Below are positions 43,967 through 53,578 of a DNA stretch of 64,000 nucleotides, piece by piece (the first letter of the stretch is position 1; every line of letters begins with the position of its first letter). The position numbers and the translations under genes are program-made. The DNA is from Lachnospiraceae bacterium. Lineage in GTDB: Bacteria > Bacillota > Clostridia > Oscillospirales > CAG-272. The notes beneath the pieces are model-generated. The model searched no databases. It was given only the letters and a program-made list of their open reading frames with translations, and was not told the origin of the DNA. Location: contig JAKSPT010000005.1 in NCBI GenBank assembly GCA_024404495.1, positions 6,483-70,482 on the forward strand, written 5' to 3'.

Positions 43967-44957
43967 CGTCCTTCTCCCCGCCGTCAACGCCCGAAAGCGG
44001 GTTTTTCCGCATCGCCTTTTCCATATCCTCGTTGCGGACGTGGGTGTAGATCTGGGTCGTGGAAAGCTGCTCGTGCCCGAGGATCTCCTTCAGCATCAGC
44101 ACGTCCACGCCGCCCTCGCGGTACATCAGGGTCGCCGCGGTGTGACGGAGCTTATGTACCGAGAGCTTGCGGTAGCCGAGCCCCGCCTCGTTCAGTTTCT
44201 TTTCGACCATATGCTGTACCGAGCGCTGATTGATCCGCTTGTGCTGACCGCTTAAAAACAGAGCGTTCCGGTCGGGTCCCTTCGCCTCCCCGTTCGGGTC
44301 GCGGACGAGAAGATAGGCGCGGATCGCCTCGACGCAGGCGGGATTCAGATAGACGATGCGCTCCTTTGCGCCTTTTCCGAGGACGCGGAGGGAGCGGAAG
44401 TCGCGGTCGATGTCCGAGAGGCTGATGCCGCAGAGCTCGGAAAGACGCATCCCGCAGTTGAGGAAGAGGGTCAGGATGCAGAAATCGCGCTGACGGAAGC
44501 GGTCGGAGGTGTCGTTTTTCGCGGTTTTGAGCAGAGTCTGCGCCTCTTCGAGGGTCAGATACTTCGGCAGGGAGGCGCGGAGCTTCGGGGAGTCGATCCC
44601 CTCGGCGGGGTTGACCTCGATATAGTGCTGCTTTTTCAGATAGCCGAAGAAGGTGCGGAGCGCGGAGAGCTTGCGGGCGCGGGTGCGCGCGTTGTTTTCT
44701 CTGCCGCCGACCGTAAAGGAAAAGAAAGCGAGCAGCTCGGAGGTCGTGACCTTCGCGAAATCGTCGGCGGTGAGCGTCTTCACTTCCATATTGTCAAAAT
44801 CCTCGCCCTCGGTCGGCAGTCCCTCCCGCGTCGCGCGCAGGAAGCGGCAGAAGAGGTGAAGGTCGTTCTGATACTGGGCGATGGTCCGGGCAGAGCGGTT
44901 CTGCACCACGAGCTGATGATGGGAAAAGTCCTGAACGATGCCGGGCAGTTCGGTCAT
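43959..44957 (-). CDS. tyrosine recombinase, XerC/XerD-like
   Basis: Start at MTELPGIV (GGAAGGAGG RBS). RTIAQYQNDLHLFCRFL core-binding domain. GMRLSEL, HKLRHTAAT, LGHEQLSTTQIYTHV catalytic motifs. Confidence 0.85.
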   Translation of the reverse strand: MTELPGIVQDFSHHQLVVQNRSARTIAQYQNDLHLFCRFLRATREGLPTEGEDFDNMEVKTLTADDFAKVTTSELLAFFSFTVGGRENNARTRARKLSALRTFFGYLKKQHYIEVNPAEGIDSPKLRASLPKYLTLEEAQTLLKTAKNDTSDRFRQRDFCILTLFLNCGMRLSELCGISLSDIDRDFRSLRVLGKGAKERIVYLNPACVEAIRAYLLVRDPNGEAKGPDRNALFLSGQHKRINQRSVQHMVEKKLNEAGLGYRKLSVHKLRHTAATLMYREGGVDVLMLKEILGHEQLSTTQIYTHVRNEDMEKAMRKNPLSGVDGGEKDDE

Positions 44958-45119
44958 GGGACACCCTCCTTCCGATAAAAGACGGCTCTTACAGCCGTGT
45001 AAAGATTTGTTATCCAAAATGTAAATTTCGCGGGATTCCTCTTGTAATTTGTGCAAATCTTATATAAAATAAGGATAAAGAACACTTTTGCCCCTGAAAG
45101 GAAAACGCACGGAGCACTT

Positions 45120-45710
45120 ATGAAGCTGATTACCTTTATCAAGGAAAATTCCTATATCATCCTGAAAGAGATCGCCAATCAGATCGGTATGATCATGTTC
45201 GGTCTCGTACTGTCCATGGGCGCGAGTATGGGCGGGAACGACACGCTTCTGCTTCTTTCGGGTATCGCTTCGGCGCTGTTCTACTGGTTTTTACTCTACA
45301 CGCTCGCGTGGGATTACGGCTCCAAGGAAAAGGTGCGCGTGGATTCCAATCGCCTCCCCTATGTTCCGTATAAAGGGCTGCTGTTCTCTCTCGCCGCGAA
45401 CGCGATCAATATTCTGATCGGCGTTCTCATTGCGGTCTTCTGGTTCGCGTCAGGACCTTCGGGTGAGGGCACGGCGTCCTGCATGATGATCGGCGGATTC
45501 CTGAACTCGATGTATGCCGGGATCACGAGCGGTGCGAATGCGCTTGCCAGCTCGGCTGCGGGCGTGGAAAATCTGCTGATCTCCTCTCCCCTGAATCCCA
45601 TCCTGTATCTGATCTATCCGCTTCCCGCACTCGGCATCTGCACCCTTGGTTATTACCTCGGCGTACACGACCGTCATCTGTTCGGGAACGCGCCGAAAGC
45701 AGAAAAATAA
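45120..45710 (+). CDS. polytopic membrane protein, unknown function
   Basis: 196 aa with about five hydrophobic segments. GGAG 7 nt upstream of the ATG. Confidence 0.4.
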   Translation: MKLITFIKENSYIILKEIANQIGMIMFGLVLSMGASMGGNDTLLLLSGIASALFYWFLLYTLAWDYGSKEKVRVDSNRLPYVPYKGLLFSLAANAINILIGVLIAVFWFASGPSGEGTASCMMIGGFLNSMYAGITSGANALASSAAGVENLLISSPLNPILYLIYPLPALGICTLGYYLGVHDRHLFGNAPKAEK

Positions 45711-45757
45711 GAACAGACGAATATCATAATCCGCCTTCCGCATAGTATTATTATACC

Positions 45758-46609
45758 ATGCCGCGTCAAAAAAGCAAGGGGCTGTCCCGATTTTCCGCGG
45801 TTGGAATTTGCGGAGGGCGTCTCTTTTATCCGCTTTTTTCGGAAAAGGAGCGCGCTTCTTACGGGAAGGGGTGCCCCGATACGGAGGAGCGGTTTTACGG
45901 AGCAAGGCTCGTTTTCTGGTCGGTTCTGATCCTCGCGGTCTGCGGCGCGTTCGCGCTGTTCGGCAGCCGGGGGAAGGAAAAGGCGGTGAACGTCTCGGGA
46001 GAACCGGCACAGAAGCCGGTCGTGATCCTCGATCCGGGGCACGGCGGGATCGACGGCGGTGCAGTAAGCCGGGACGGGACGCTTGAAAAGGACCTGAACC
46101 TCGCGGTCTCAAAGGAGCTCGGCAGGCTCCTTTACGCGCAGGGCTTCCAAGTGGTTTATACCCGGACGGACGATACGATGCCCGACGCGGGACGCGCGGG
46201 CGCGAGCCGGAAGATGAACGACATCGCCGCGCGGCTCGACGTGATGAAGGCGCACCCCGGTGCGCTGTTTATCAGCATTCACATGAACAATTACCCCGGG
46301 GAAAGCCCCCGCGGGACGCAGATCTATTACGCAGCGAAGCAGACGGGCAGTCTTGCGCTCGCCGAGGCGATCCGTTCCTCGGTTCTCCGCATCCAGCCCG
46401 ACAACAAAAGGGAAACCGTGGGAAAGACCGACGGTATCTACCTCCTTGAGCACGCCTCTGGGACGGCGGTGCTGATCGAGTGCGGCTTCCTTTCCAACCC
46501 GACCGAGATCGAAAAGCTGAACGATCCCGCCTACCGGACCCGCCTCGCGGCTTATCTCTGCGCCGGGATCTGCTCCTATGCGTTTCCGGAAGAAAACGAC
46601 GCCGTTTAA
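45758..46609 (+). CDS. cwlD: N-acetylmuramoyl-L-alanine amidase (Amidase_3), CwlD-like; start codon uncertain
   Basis: ILDPGHGGIDGGA, FISIHMN, VLIECGFLSNPTE zinc-amidase motifs. An N-terminal TM, as in germination-specific CwlD. Confidence 0.7.
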   Translation: MPRQKSKGLSRFSAVGICGGRLFYPLFSEKERASYGKGCPDTEERFYGARLVFWSVLILAVCGAFALFGSRGKEKAVNVSGEPAQKPVVILDPGHGGIDGGAVSRDGTLEKDLNLAVSKELGRLLYAQGFQVVYTRTDDTMPDAGRAGASRKMNDIAARLDVMKAHPGALFISIHMNNYPGESPRGTQIYYAAKQTGSLALAEAIRSSVLRIQPDNKRETVGKTDGIYLLEHASGTAVLIECGFLSNPTEIEKLNDPAYRTRLAAYLCAGICSYAFPEENDAV

Positions 46610-46647
46610 CGGTGAAAACCGTGAAAAAAGAAGGATAAGAAGACGAA

Positions 46648-48054
46648 ATGAAAGCAAGAACGTATTTTGTCTGCACCGAATGCGAATACCGCTCGGCAAA
46701 ATGGCTCGGCAAATGCCCGTCCTGCGGGGCGTGGAACACCTTTGAGGAGCAGAGCGAAGCGCCCGAACCCGCGAAAACCGCCTCCGCCGTCAAGGCGAGC
46801 GCACAGCGGGTCAGCTACGCCGGCTCCAATTCCCCGGCGGAACGGCTTTCCACCCTCGAACTGCCGACCTACATCCGTTCGCTGACCGGGTACAGCGAGC
46901 TTGACCGCGTGCTCGGCGGCGGGCTCGTTTCCGGCTCCGTGGTCCTGCTCTCGGGCGAACCCGGGATCGGCAAATCGACCCTCTTGATGCAGATCTCCGC
47001 CGCGCTCGAAAAGGAAAAAAGAGTGCTTTACGTCTCGGGCGAGGAATCGCTCGGACAGCTCAAGCTCCGCGCGAAGCGGCTCGGGGTCGGCGGGGGCGAG
47101 CTTTTCGTCCTCGTGGAGACCAATCTGACGAAAATTCTGGAAGAGGCCGCCAAGGTCGAGCCCGACGTCCTCATCATCGACTCGATCCAGACGGTGTACA
47201 GCGAGCTTTCCGCCTCGGTGCCCGGCTCGGTGTCGCAGGTCAAGGAGTGCGCGCTCTCTCTGATCGGACTTGCCAAGAACGAGGGCGTTTCGGTCCTGCT
47301 CGTCGGTCACGTCAACAAGGAGGGCTCGATCGCGGGCCCGAAGGTGCTCGAGCACATGGTGGACGCCGTCCTCTATTTTGAGGGCGAGCAGTCCCATTCC
47401 TACCGCATCCTGCGCGCCGTGAAGAACCGTTTCGGCTCCACGAACGAGATCGGCGTGTTTGAAATGACCGGGGAAGGGCTGGTCGAGGTCCCGAACCCGT
47501 CGGAGGCGCTGCTCGCGGGCAGACCGCTCGGCGTTTCGGGCAACTGTGCCGTCTGCATCATGGAGGGCTCCCGCCCGATCATCGCCGAAATTCAGGCGCT
47601 CGTCTGTCAGACCGCCTTTCCGGCGCCCCGCCGCACGGCGAACGGCGTCGATTACAACCGCCTCTGCCTCCTGCTCGCCGTGCTCGAAAAACGGCTCGGA
47701 CAGCGGTTCTCGCAGAACGACGTCTATCTGAACGTCGTCGGCGGCATTCATCTCGAAGAACCCTCGGTCGATCTCGGAACGGCGCTCGCGCTCGTCTCCT
47801 GCCTGCGCGATATCCCTCTGCCGAACGACCTGATCGCCGCAGGGGAGATCGGGCTTTCGGGCGAGATCCGCAGCGTGCCGCACACCGAACAGCGCATCCG
47901 CGAGGCGGAGCGGCTCGGCTTCCGCAAGATCCTCGTTCCCGCGCGGACGCAGGAGCTGAAGAAGCTCGAAGGGAAGACCTCGATCGAAATCGTTCCCGTG
48001 AAATCCGTTCTTGAAGCCGTGATGGCGGCGCTCGGAAACGGGAAAAACGAGTAA
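46648..48054 (+). CDS. radA: DNA repair protein RadA/Sms
   Basis: Zn finger CTECEYRSAKWLGKCPSCGAWNT, Walker A GEPGIGKST, KNRFGSTNE, Lon-like C-terminal domain. Confidence 0.95.
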   Translation: MKARTYFVCTECEYRSAKWLGKCPSCGAWNTFEEQSEAPEPAKTASAVKASAQRVSYAGSNSPAERLSTLELPTYIRSLTGYSELDRVLGGGLVSGSVVLLSGEPGIGKSTLLMQISAALEKEKRVLYVSGEESLGQLKLRAKRLGVGGGELFVLVETNLTKILEEAAKVEPDVLIIDSIQTVYSELSASVPGSVSQVKECALSLIGLAKNEGVSVLLVGHVNKEGSIAGPKVLEHMVDAVLYFEGEQSHSYRILRAVKNRFGSTNEIGVFEMTGEGLVEVPNPSEALLAGRPLGVSGNCAVCIMEGSRPIIAEIQALVCQTAFPAPRRTANGVDYNRLCLLLAVLEKRLGQRFSQNDVYLNVVGGIHLEEPSVDLGTALALVSCLRDIPLPNDLIAAGEIGLSGEIRSVPHTEQRIREAERLGFRKILVPARTQELKKLEGKTSIEIVPVKSVLEAVMAALGNGKNE

Positions 48055-48075
48055 CGGACGAGGGAACGAGGAAAT

Positions 48076-48155
48076 GTTCTTTCCCAACCGGGAAAGAACC
48101 AAAGGGGCATAGGGCTGAACGGATGGTTTGTCTCTTCGGATATCGCTCTCCTGCT
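48076..48155 (+). repeat. conserved 3'-UTR hairpin element, copy 2 (R1)
   Basis: gttctttccc-aacc-gggaaagaac followed by caaaggggcatagggc...atggtttg...tctcttcggatatcgctctcctgctc. The stem differs from copy 1 by a compensated T-A to C-G pair. Confidence 0.6.
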
Positions 48156-48159
48156 CATA

Positions 48160-48202
48160 AAAAATAATGGGACTGCGGCAATCGCAATCCCATCTTTTTT
48201 AT
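48160..48202. terminator. bidirectional intrinsic terminator between radA and the EamA gene
   Basis: atgggactgcg-gcaat-cgcaatcccat, flanked by aaaaaataa on the left and ctttttt on the right. Confidence 0.7.
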
Positions 48203-49111
48203 TTATGATGCTTCGTTTTCCGCTTCCTCCGGTTTCTTTCCGGTCTGCGTGAAGAGGATCGCGGCGAAGATCAGCACACAGCCGAGGATCTGAACGGGCG
48301 ACATTTTTTCGTTCAGGATGATCCATCCGGAGAGGGCGCCGAAGACCGATTCGAGCGACATGACGATCGGGGCGACGGCGGGTGGGCAGGTGCGCTGTCC
48401 GACGGTCTGGAGCGTGAAGGCGATGCCGGAGGAGAAGACGCCGGCGTACAGGATCGGGAGGGCGGCGGAGGTCAGAGCGGGGAGGGCGACCGTTTCGGTG
48501 CAGAGGGAAAGGATCCCGCCGATCGTTCCCGCCGTGAGAAACTGAACGATCGAAAGCTTGACGCAGTCGGTGTTTTTGGAATACCGGTCAACGACGAGAA
48601 TATGAAAGGTGAAGAAGAGGGCGCAGGCGAGGGTATAGAGGTCGCCGTAGGAGAAGGAAGCCTCGCCGTGCAGACAGAGGAAATACATCCCGACGCCCGC
48701 GGCAGCGACGCTGATCCATACCCGGAGGGGGACTTTTTTCCCGATGAAGAGCCCGAGCAGGGGTGTGAAGACGATATAGAGCGCGGTGACGAAGGCGCTT
48801 TTGCCCGACGTCATCGCGGGATCGGTGAAGCCGAGCTGCTGAAAGGAGCTGCCGAGGAACAGGGCGATGCCGCAGAAGAATCCGCCGAACAGGGTGGGCT
48901 TTCCCCATTCCGTCTTTTTCTGTTCCTTCGTCTTTTTCCGGTCGGAAAAGAAGACAACCGGGAGCAGAACGGCGGCACCGATCAGATACCGTAAAAAGAT
49001 GAAGATGAAAGTCGGGACGTGCTCCGCCGCGCTGTTCTGCGCGACGAACGCGGTGCCCCAGATAAGCGCCGCCAGTGTCAGGATCAGGACGCCTTTCGTA
49101 CTTTTTTGCAT
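48203..49111 (-). CDS. DMT-superfamily (EamA-type) transporter
   Basis: Start at MQKSTKGVLILTLAALIWGTAFVA (GAGG RBS). Ten hydrophobic segments in two EamA-like halves. The 750-aa track ORF is an artefactual upstream extension. Confidence 0.75.
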   Translation of the reverse strand: MQKSTKGVLILTLAALIWGTAFVAQNSAAEHVPTFIFIFLRYLIGAAVLLPVVFFSDRKKTKEQKKTEWGKPTLFGGFFCGIALFLGSSFQQLGFTDPAMTSGKSAFVTALYIVFTPLLGLFIGKKVPLRVWISVAAAGVGMYFLCLHGEASFSYGDLYTLACALFFTFHILVVDRYSKNTDCVKLSIVQFLTAGTIGGILSLCTETVALPALTSAALPILYAGVFSSGIAFTLQTVGQRTCPPAVAPIVMSLESVFGALSGWIILNEKMSPVQILGCVLIFAAILFTQTGKKPEEAENEAS

Positions 49112-49255
49112 TGGTAACCTCGTGAATTTTGTTTTCGGTTTATTATAGCACGCTCTGCCCGTTTTCGCAAGGGGAAAACGGCTTTTTCCGCTCTTGACAA
49201 GGGTTTTCGTTCGTGATACAATGAAAATAACAGCTATGAAGGGAGAAAAGGGATC

Positions 49256-51526
49256 TTGACCGAGTATTTTCGCGCCGTTTGGAAGAATATCGTGCTCGCG
49301 TATAAGAGCGTGCGGTACCACCTGAAACAGTATCTCTGCTTTTTCCTCGCCGTATTCGCGGTGCAGGTTTTTTTCGGTATCGTTCTCTTTTCCAAGGAGT
49401 GCAGTGAATCGCTGGAATACCGCTACGTCACAGAGGCGTACGACAGCCACCTGATCCTGAACGGGCTGAACGAAAAGCAGTACAACGTGATGCTGAACGG
49501 CAAATTCTCCACGCTGCTCAAAAAAGCCGCCGTGCACGAGATCGTCGGTACCGGGGAACGCGAGGAAGCGGGAGAAACGGTCTACGACGTCCGCGTCCTC
49601 CTGACCGGGAAGAAGGTATCGAAATCCTATCAGACCTTCCTTACCCGCTATTTTGAGCCGCTCAGCGCCGCCGGGGAGGTCTCGATCACAGAGACCCCGC
49701 TCTATACCTACGCCGAAAGCAAGCTCGAAAGCACGAAGATCGCGACCCGTGAGATTCTTCTGCTCACCGCCCTTTCCGCGATCCTGCTGACCGCGCTCTA
49801 CGGGATCCGCACGGGGCACTATCAGTTCGATTACGGCATCTACCGCTCGTTCGGCGCGGATTTCCGCGTGCTGACCAAGACCTCCTTCTGGGAGATGGCG
49901 ATCGTCGTCACGGCAACGTGGCTGCCCGCCTCGCTGCTCTCCTGCCTTTCGGTGCTTCTGATCTGTCTGATCCGGGGGTATCGGGCGTCGTTTTCGCTTG
50001 TTCCCGTCCTTTGGATCCTTCTTCTCTCCCTTGCCGTCGCGCTGATCGCGGTGCTTCTGCCGATGCGGCGCCTCGCTTCGCTCCCGCCGCTGAAGCTGCT
50101 TTCCGCCGCCGACAACTCGAACGAGGTGGTTTCGCCCCGTACCTCCTTCAATCTGCGGAAGAAAAAGAAGGTCTTCCCGCGCAAATACGCGCTTTACAGC
50201 GTGTTCCGCTTCCGGAAATATTATCTTCGCCTTTCGCTTCTGACCGCGCTCTGTGCCGTCGCCTTCCTCTGCTTCTGGCGCGAAGCGGAATACGACGACG
50301 AGCTGGTGAGGACGCCGGTGCAGGATTTTGAGATCGCGTTTTCCTCCTATTCGGACGAATACGAGGAAGAGATCCTTTCGATGAACGATAAGCTCGACCG
50401 GATCGTAAAGCCGAACGCCGCGCTTGAGGTCAAGGCGCCCGATCTCCTCTCCCACGCGCTCTTCCCGAAATCCGAATCTGCGTTCTTCAACGATTTCCTC
50501 GATTACGTTTCGGAGGATTACGGCAAGACCCGCGCGACGATGATGGTCTCCTACTATCCCGCAGACGCAAAGATCATTTCGCAGTTAAAAGAGCAGGGAA
50601 AAGTCACGGGAAATCCCGAAGAGATCCTGACCGATCCCAGCAAGGTGATCGTTTCCGACTCGGTGAACAATCGCAAGGTCCTCGATCTGAAGCCGGGCGA
50701 CAAGGTGTATATCGCCGAAACGGTCACGCCTCCGTCCGAACAGCTTCCGTTTATGGAGGCGGGAAACGAGCTGCTCCGGCAGATGCTCGACGTGACGGGC
50801 TTCCGGTACCACGAATACACGGTCGCCGCCGTCGTGTCGGATATGCCGACCGGGACCTTCCTGCCGATTTATTTTGCGGACGGCGAATATACCGCCCGGA
50901 CCGGAAAAAACGTGCATTACACGAAAATCAACGCCTATCTGAAGCCGGGGCTGACCGCGCTCGAGCGCGACACGGCGGAAAGCGATCTGCGCGACTGGAT
51001 GGCGTATTATCAGGCGGACGTCAGCGCGCTCCACTCGCAGGAAAAAGCCGCGATCCGGGGATTCCGCAGTACCGGGGCAAGGATGCGTCTGATCGGTACG
51101 ATCCTGCTTCTCGGCGCGCCGCTCTTCTGGTTCTTTGCGGGCGGTCTGTTTGAAAGAAAGCGGAAGGGCGAGATCACCGTCCTGCGCTCGCTCGGCGCGA
51201 GCAGAAGCGAGCTGCACGGGCTCGCCGCGACCGAGGGAACGGTGACCGCGATCGTCGGCACGCTGATCGCGCTTCTTCTCTCCCTGCTTTCGATGTTTGT
51301 CTTCTGGTTCGTGATCTCGAAGCTCGCTGCGGTGAGCGGCTATCTCGCGAGACCCTATTTCGAGGTTCCGGTCCTGCCGCTGCTCCTTGCCCTCGCGGTG
51401 CAGGCGGCGAGCGCGTTTTACGGGAATTATCTCCCGGCAAAAAAACTCCTCACCGAGCTCGGCGAGGAGGAAGACAATGCTTTGAACGAAACGTCGGAAC
51501 CGGTCAGCGATTCCGGAAAGGAGTAA
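49256..51526 (+). CDS. FtsX/MacB-type ABC transporter permease with two FtsX modules and a large extracytoplasmic region
   Basis: TTG start. Two TM bundles (...YGIYRSFGADFRVL... and ...ITVLRSLGASRSEL...) separated by ~300 aa. Confidence 0.7.
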   Translation: MTEYFRAVWKNIVLAYKSVRYHLKQYLCFFLAVFAVQVFFGIVLFSKECSESLEYRYVTEAYDSHLILNGLNEKQYNVMLNGKFSTLLKKAAVHEIVGTGEREEAGETVYDVRVLLTGKKVSKSYQTFLTRYFEPLSAAGEVSITETPLYTYAESKLESTKIATREILLLTALSAILLTALYGIRTGHYQFDYGIYRSFGADFRVLTKTSFWEMAIVVTATWLPASLLSCLSVLLICLIRGYRASFSLVPVLWILLLSLAVALIAVLLPMRRLASLPPLKLLSAADNSNEVVSPRTSFNLRKKKKVFPRKYALYSVFRFRKYYLRLSLLTALCAVAFLCFWREAEYDDELVRTPVQDFEIAFSSYSDEYEEEILSMNDKLDRIVKPNAALEVKAPDLLSHALFPKSESAFFNDFLDYVSEDYGKTRATMMVSYYPADAKIISQLKEQGKVTGNPEEILTDPSKVIVSDSVNNRKVLDLKPGDKVYIAETVTPPSEQLPFMEAGNELLRQMLDVTGFRYHEYTVAAVVSDMPTGTFLPIYFADGEYTARTGKNVHYTKINAYLKPGLTALERDTAESDLRDWMAYYQADVSALHSQEKAAIRGFRSTGARMRLIGTILLLGAPLFWFFAGGLFERKRKGEITVLRSLGASRSELHGLAATEGTVTAIVGTLIALLLSLLSMFVFWFVISKLAAVSGYLARPYFEVPVLPLLLALAVQAASAFYGNYLPAKKLLTELGEEEDNALNETSEPVSDSGKE

Positions 51527-51529
51527 CAG

Positions 51530-52264
51530 ATGTCAATTCTTGAATGTGAAAACGTCATCCGGCTTTACCGGCAGTACGACGCCACGGTCACGGCGGTCGA
51601 CCGTGTCTCCCTGAAGGTGGAGGACAACGAGTTCGTTGCGATCATCGGCGCGTCCGGTTCCGGAAAGACTACCCTACTGCATATCCTCGCGGGTCTTGAC
51701 CGTCCGACCTCCGGCTCGGTGAAGATAAGAGGCAACGAGCTGACAAAAATGTCGCCCGACGCGCTCGGACGCTTCCGGGGCACCTACACCGGCTTCATTT
51801 TTCAGAATCACAATCTGATCCCGCAGTTCACCGCGCTCGAAAACATCCTGATCCCGACCGTCATGACCGAGCGGGACGAATGCCGGTACGAGGAGCATCT
51901 GAAAAAGCTGATCGCGGCGCTGAACATCGCCGACCGTCTGAACCATCTGCCCTCCGAGCTTTCCGGCGGTCAGCAGCAGCGCGTCGCGATCGCCCGTGCG
52001 CTCATCAACCGTCCGCAGGTGCTGTTTGCCGACGAACCGACCGGGAACCTTGACCGCAGGAACGCGGACGAGGTGCTCGAGCTGCTCCTCAAAACGAAGG
52101 AAATGATCGGGCAGACCCTCGTGATGGTCACGCACGACCTGACCATCGCCGACCGCGCCGACAAGATCTACAAGATGGACAACGGCAAGCTGATCCTCTG
52201 GAAGGACAAATCGGGCTACCGCCGCAACTCCTACGAGGCGGAAATGAAGCTGGCTAAGGAATAA
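51530..52264 (+). CDS. ABC transporter ATP-binding protein (MacB/LolD-type)
   Basis: Walker A GASGSGKTT, Q-loop, signature LSGGQQQR, Walker B LFADEPTGNLD. Confidence 0.92.
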   Translation: MSILECENVIRLYRQYDATVTAVDRVSLKVEDNEFVAIIGASGSGKTTLLHILAGLDRPTSGSVKIRGNELTKMSPDALGRFRGTYTGFIFQNHNLIPQFTALENILIPTVMTERDECRYEEHLKKLIAALNIADRLNHLPSELSGGQQQRVAIARALINRPQVLFADEPTGNLDRRNADEVLELLLKTKEMIGQTLVMVTHDLTIADRADKIYKMDNGKLILWKDKSGYRRNSYEAEMKLAKE

Positions 52265-52282
52265 GAAAGGGTAAATGATACG

Positions 52283-52639
52283 ATGAATTCATTTGCTTCT
52301 CCCTTTGGGTTTGACCGTTCCTTCGGGATCATGCAGGTCATTATCACGGTGATCTTTCTTCTCGTGATTGCCGTATTCGTGTTCGTCTTCGTGTATATCT
52401 TCCGTGAATGGTCGAAAAACAACCACTCTCCCCGCCTGACCGTCAAAGCGACGGTGATCGCAAAAAGGCCGTATCTTCATAACGATATGACCACCTATTA
52501 CGTCACGTTTCAGGTGGAAAGCGGCGACCGGATGGAGCTGACCGTTCCGAATGACGAATACGGGATGATGATTGAAGGAGACGAAGGGAAACTGACCTTT
52601 CAGGGTTCGAGATATCTCGGGTTTGAAAGAAACGTCTGA
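52283..52639 (+). CDS. DUF2500-like small membrane-anchored protein
   Basis: One N-terminal TM, then NNHSPRLTVKATVIAKR...YYVTFQVESGDRMELTV...EGDEGKLTFQGSRYLGFER. Confidence 0.55.
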   Translation: MNSFASPFGFDRSFGIMQVIITVIFLLVIAVFVFVFVYIFREWSKNNHSPRLTVKATVIAKRPYLHNDMTTYYVTFQVESGDRMELTVPNDEYGMMIEGDEGKLTFQGSRYLGFERNV

Positions 52640-52654
52640 ACCGCAGAAATGAAA

Positions 52655-52696
52655 ATCGCTCCCCGCTTCCGATGAGGTCGGAAACGGGGAGCGTGT
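52655..52696. terminator. long hairpin between convergent genes (terminator)
   Basis: cgctccccg...cggggagcg enclosing ttccga-tgagg-tcggaa. Confidence 0.6.
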
Positions 52697-52699
52697 TCT

Positions 52700-53566
52700 T
52701 TATTGACTTACCGCGAGGTTCACCCCGTCCGAAACGGCTGTGACCGTGCCGGAGAGGGTCAGATAGGTCTTCGTGCCGAGCCCGTCGAGGATCTTCAGCA
52801 CCTTCGCGTCGGGGCGCTCGCTGCCCGAGCAGGTGATGACCGCGTAGGCGGGCGAGACGTGAGAGAGAAAATCGTTTGAGAAACTGTCGAAAACGCCGTG
52901 ATGCGGGACCTTGAGGAAGGTGCAGCCCGCGGGAAGGACTTCGGTCAGTTCTTCAAGCCGCTGCCCTTCCGCGTCGCCGCAGAACAGGAAGACGTTATCG
53001 CCGTGAACGACGCGCACGACGAGCGAGAAGACGTTGCTGTCCTCATTTCCGTAGTCGTCCTTCAATGCCGGATAGACCGTGAAGACCGCGTCGTCGAGCG
53101 TGAACGTGATTTCTTCGGTCACGACCTCGGGGGTCAGGCCGTTTTTCTTCATCATTCTTTTCAGATCGTCGGCGGTGTCCGACTCTTTATTATAGTCGGG
53201 TTCGAGGATGCGGAGCGCCTTGTTCTTTTTCAGTACCTTTTCCGCCGCGCCGATGTGATCCTTGTCGAAGTGGGAAAAGATCAGGCAGTCGATCGTTTTG
53301 GTGCCCGTCCGCTTGATCGCGGCGTTCACGGCGTCGGCGTTGGCTTTTTCACCGGTGTCGATGACGGCAAGACGGTTTTCGGTGCGGATCAGAATGCAGT
53401 CGGCTTTTCCGACGTTCAGCAAGGTCACGGTCATGGGAGAAAGCTCCCTTCCGGTGGGTTCGGTCTGCGGTCCGGTCGTTTCGGGAACGGAGCCGGAGGG
53501 CTTGCAGGCGGTAAAAGTGAAAAGCAGAAGAGGGAGCAGGAAAAGCGCGCAGCGGAACCTTTTCAT
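52700..53566 (-). CDS. MBL-fold metallo-hydrolase lipoprotein (ComEC C-terminal-domain-like)
   Basis: Lipobox LLFTFTAC. LNVGKADCILI, FSHFDKDHIGA, FCGDAE, LKVPHHG. Start probably the second Met (RBS AAAGGAGG spacing). Confidence 0.75.
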   Translation of the reverse strand: MKRFRCALFLLPLLLFTFTACKPSGSVPETTGPQTEPTGRELSPMTVTLLNVGKADCILIRTENRLAVIDTGEKANADAVNAAIKRTGTKTIDCLIFSHFDKDHIGAAEKVLKKNKALRILEPDYNKESDTADDLKRMMKKNGLTPEVVTEEITFTLDDAVFTVYPALKDDYGNEDSNVFSLVVRVVHGDNVFLFCGDAEGQRLEELTEVLPAGCTFLKVPHHGVFDSFSNDFLSHVSPAYAVITCSGSERPDAKVLKILDGLGTKTYLTLSGTVTAVSDGVNLAVSQ

Positions 53567-53578
53567 TTTCATCCTCCT

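Noticed and set aside
43900-45120. A dif-like XerCD site near the Xer-like recombinase.
   Set aside because: No 28-nt imperfect palindrome resembling Firmicute dif was seen in the flanking non-coding stretches.
48203-50455. N-terminal extensions in the ORF track. Examples: the 750-aa version of the EamA gene, PL8 from 22628, HK from 59076, the lipoprotein from 54373, NagZ-like from 54130, 26920, 34649, 45051, 45056, 26825 and 5669.
   Set aside because: The extensions have junk-like composition. Internal Met/GTG/TTG codons are preceded by good RBS sequences and followed immediately by signal peptides or conserved N-termini. The ATG at 54130 lies inside a consensus -10 box.
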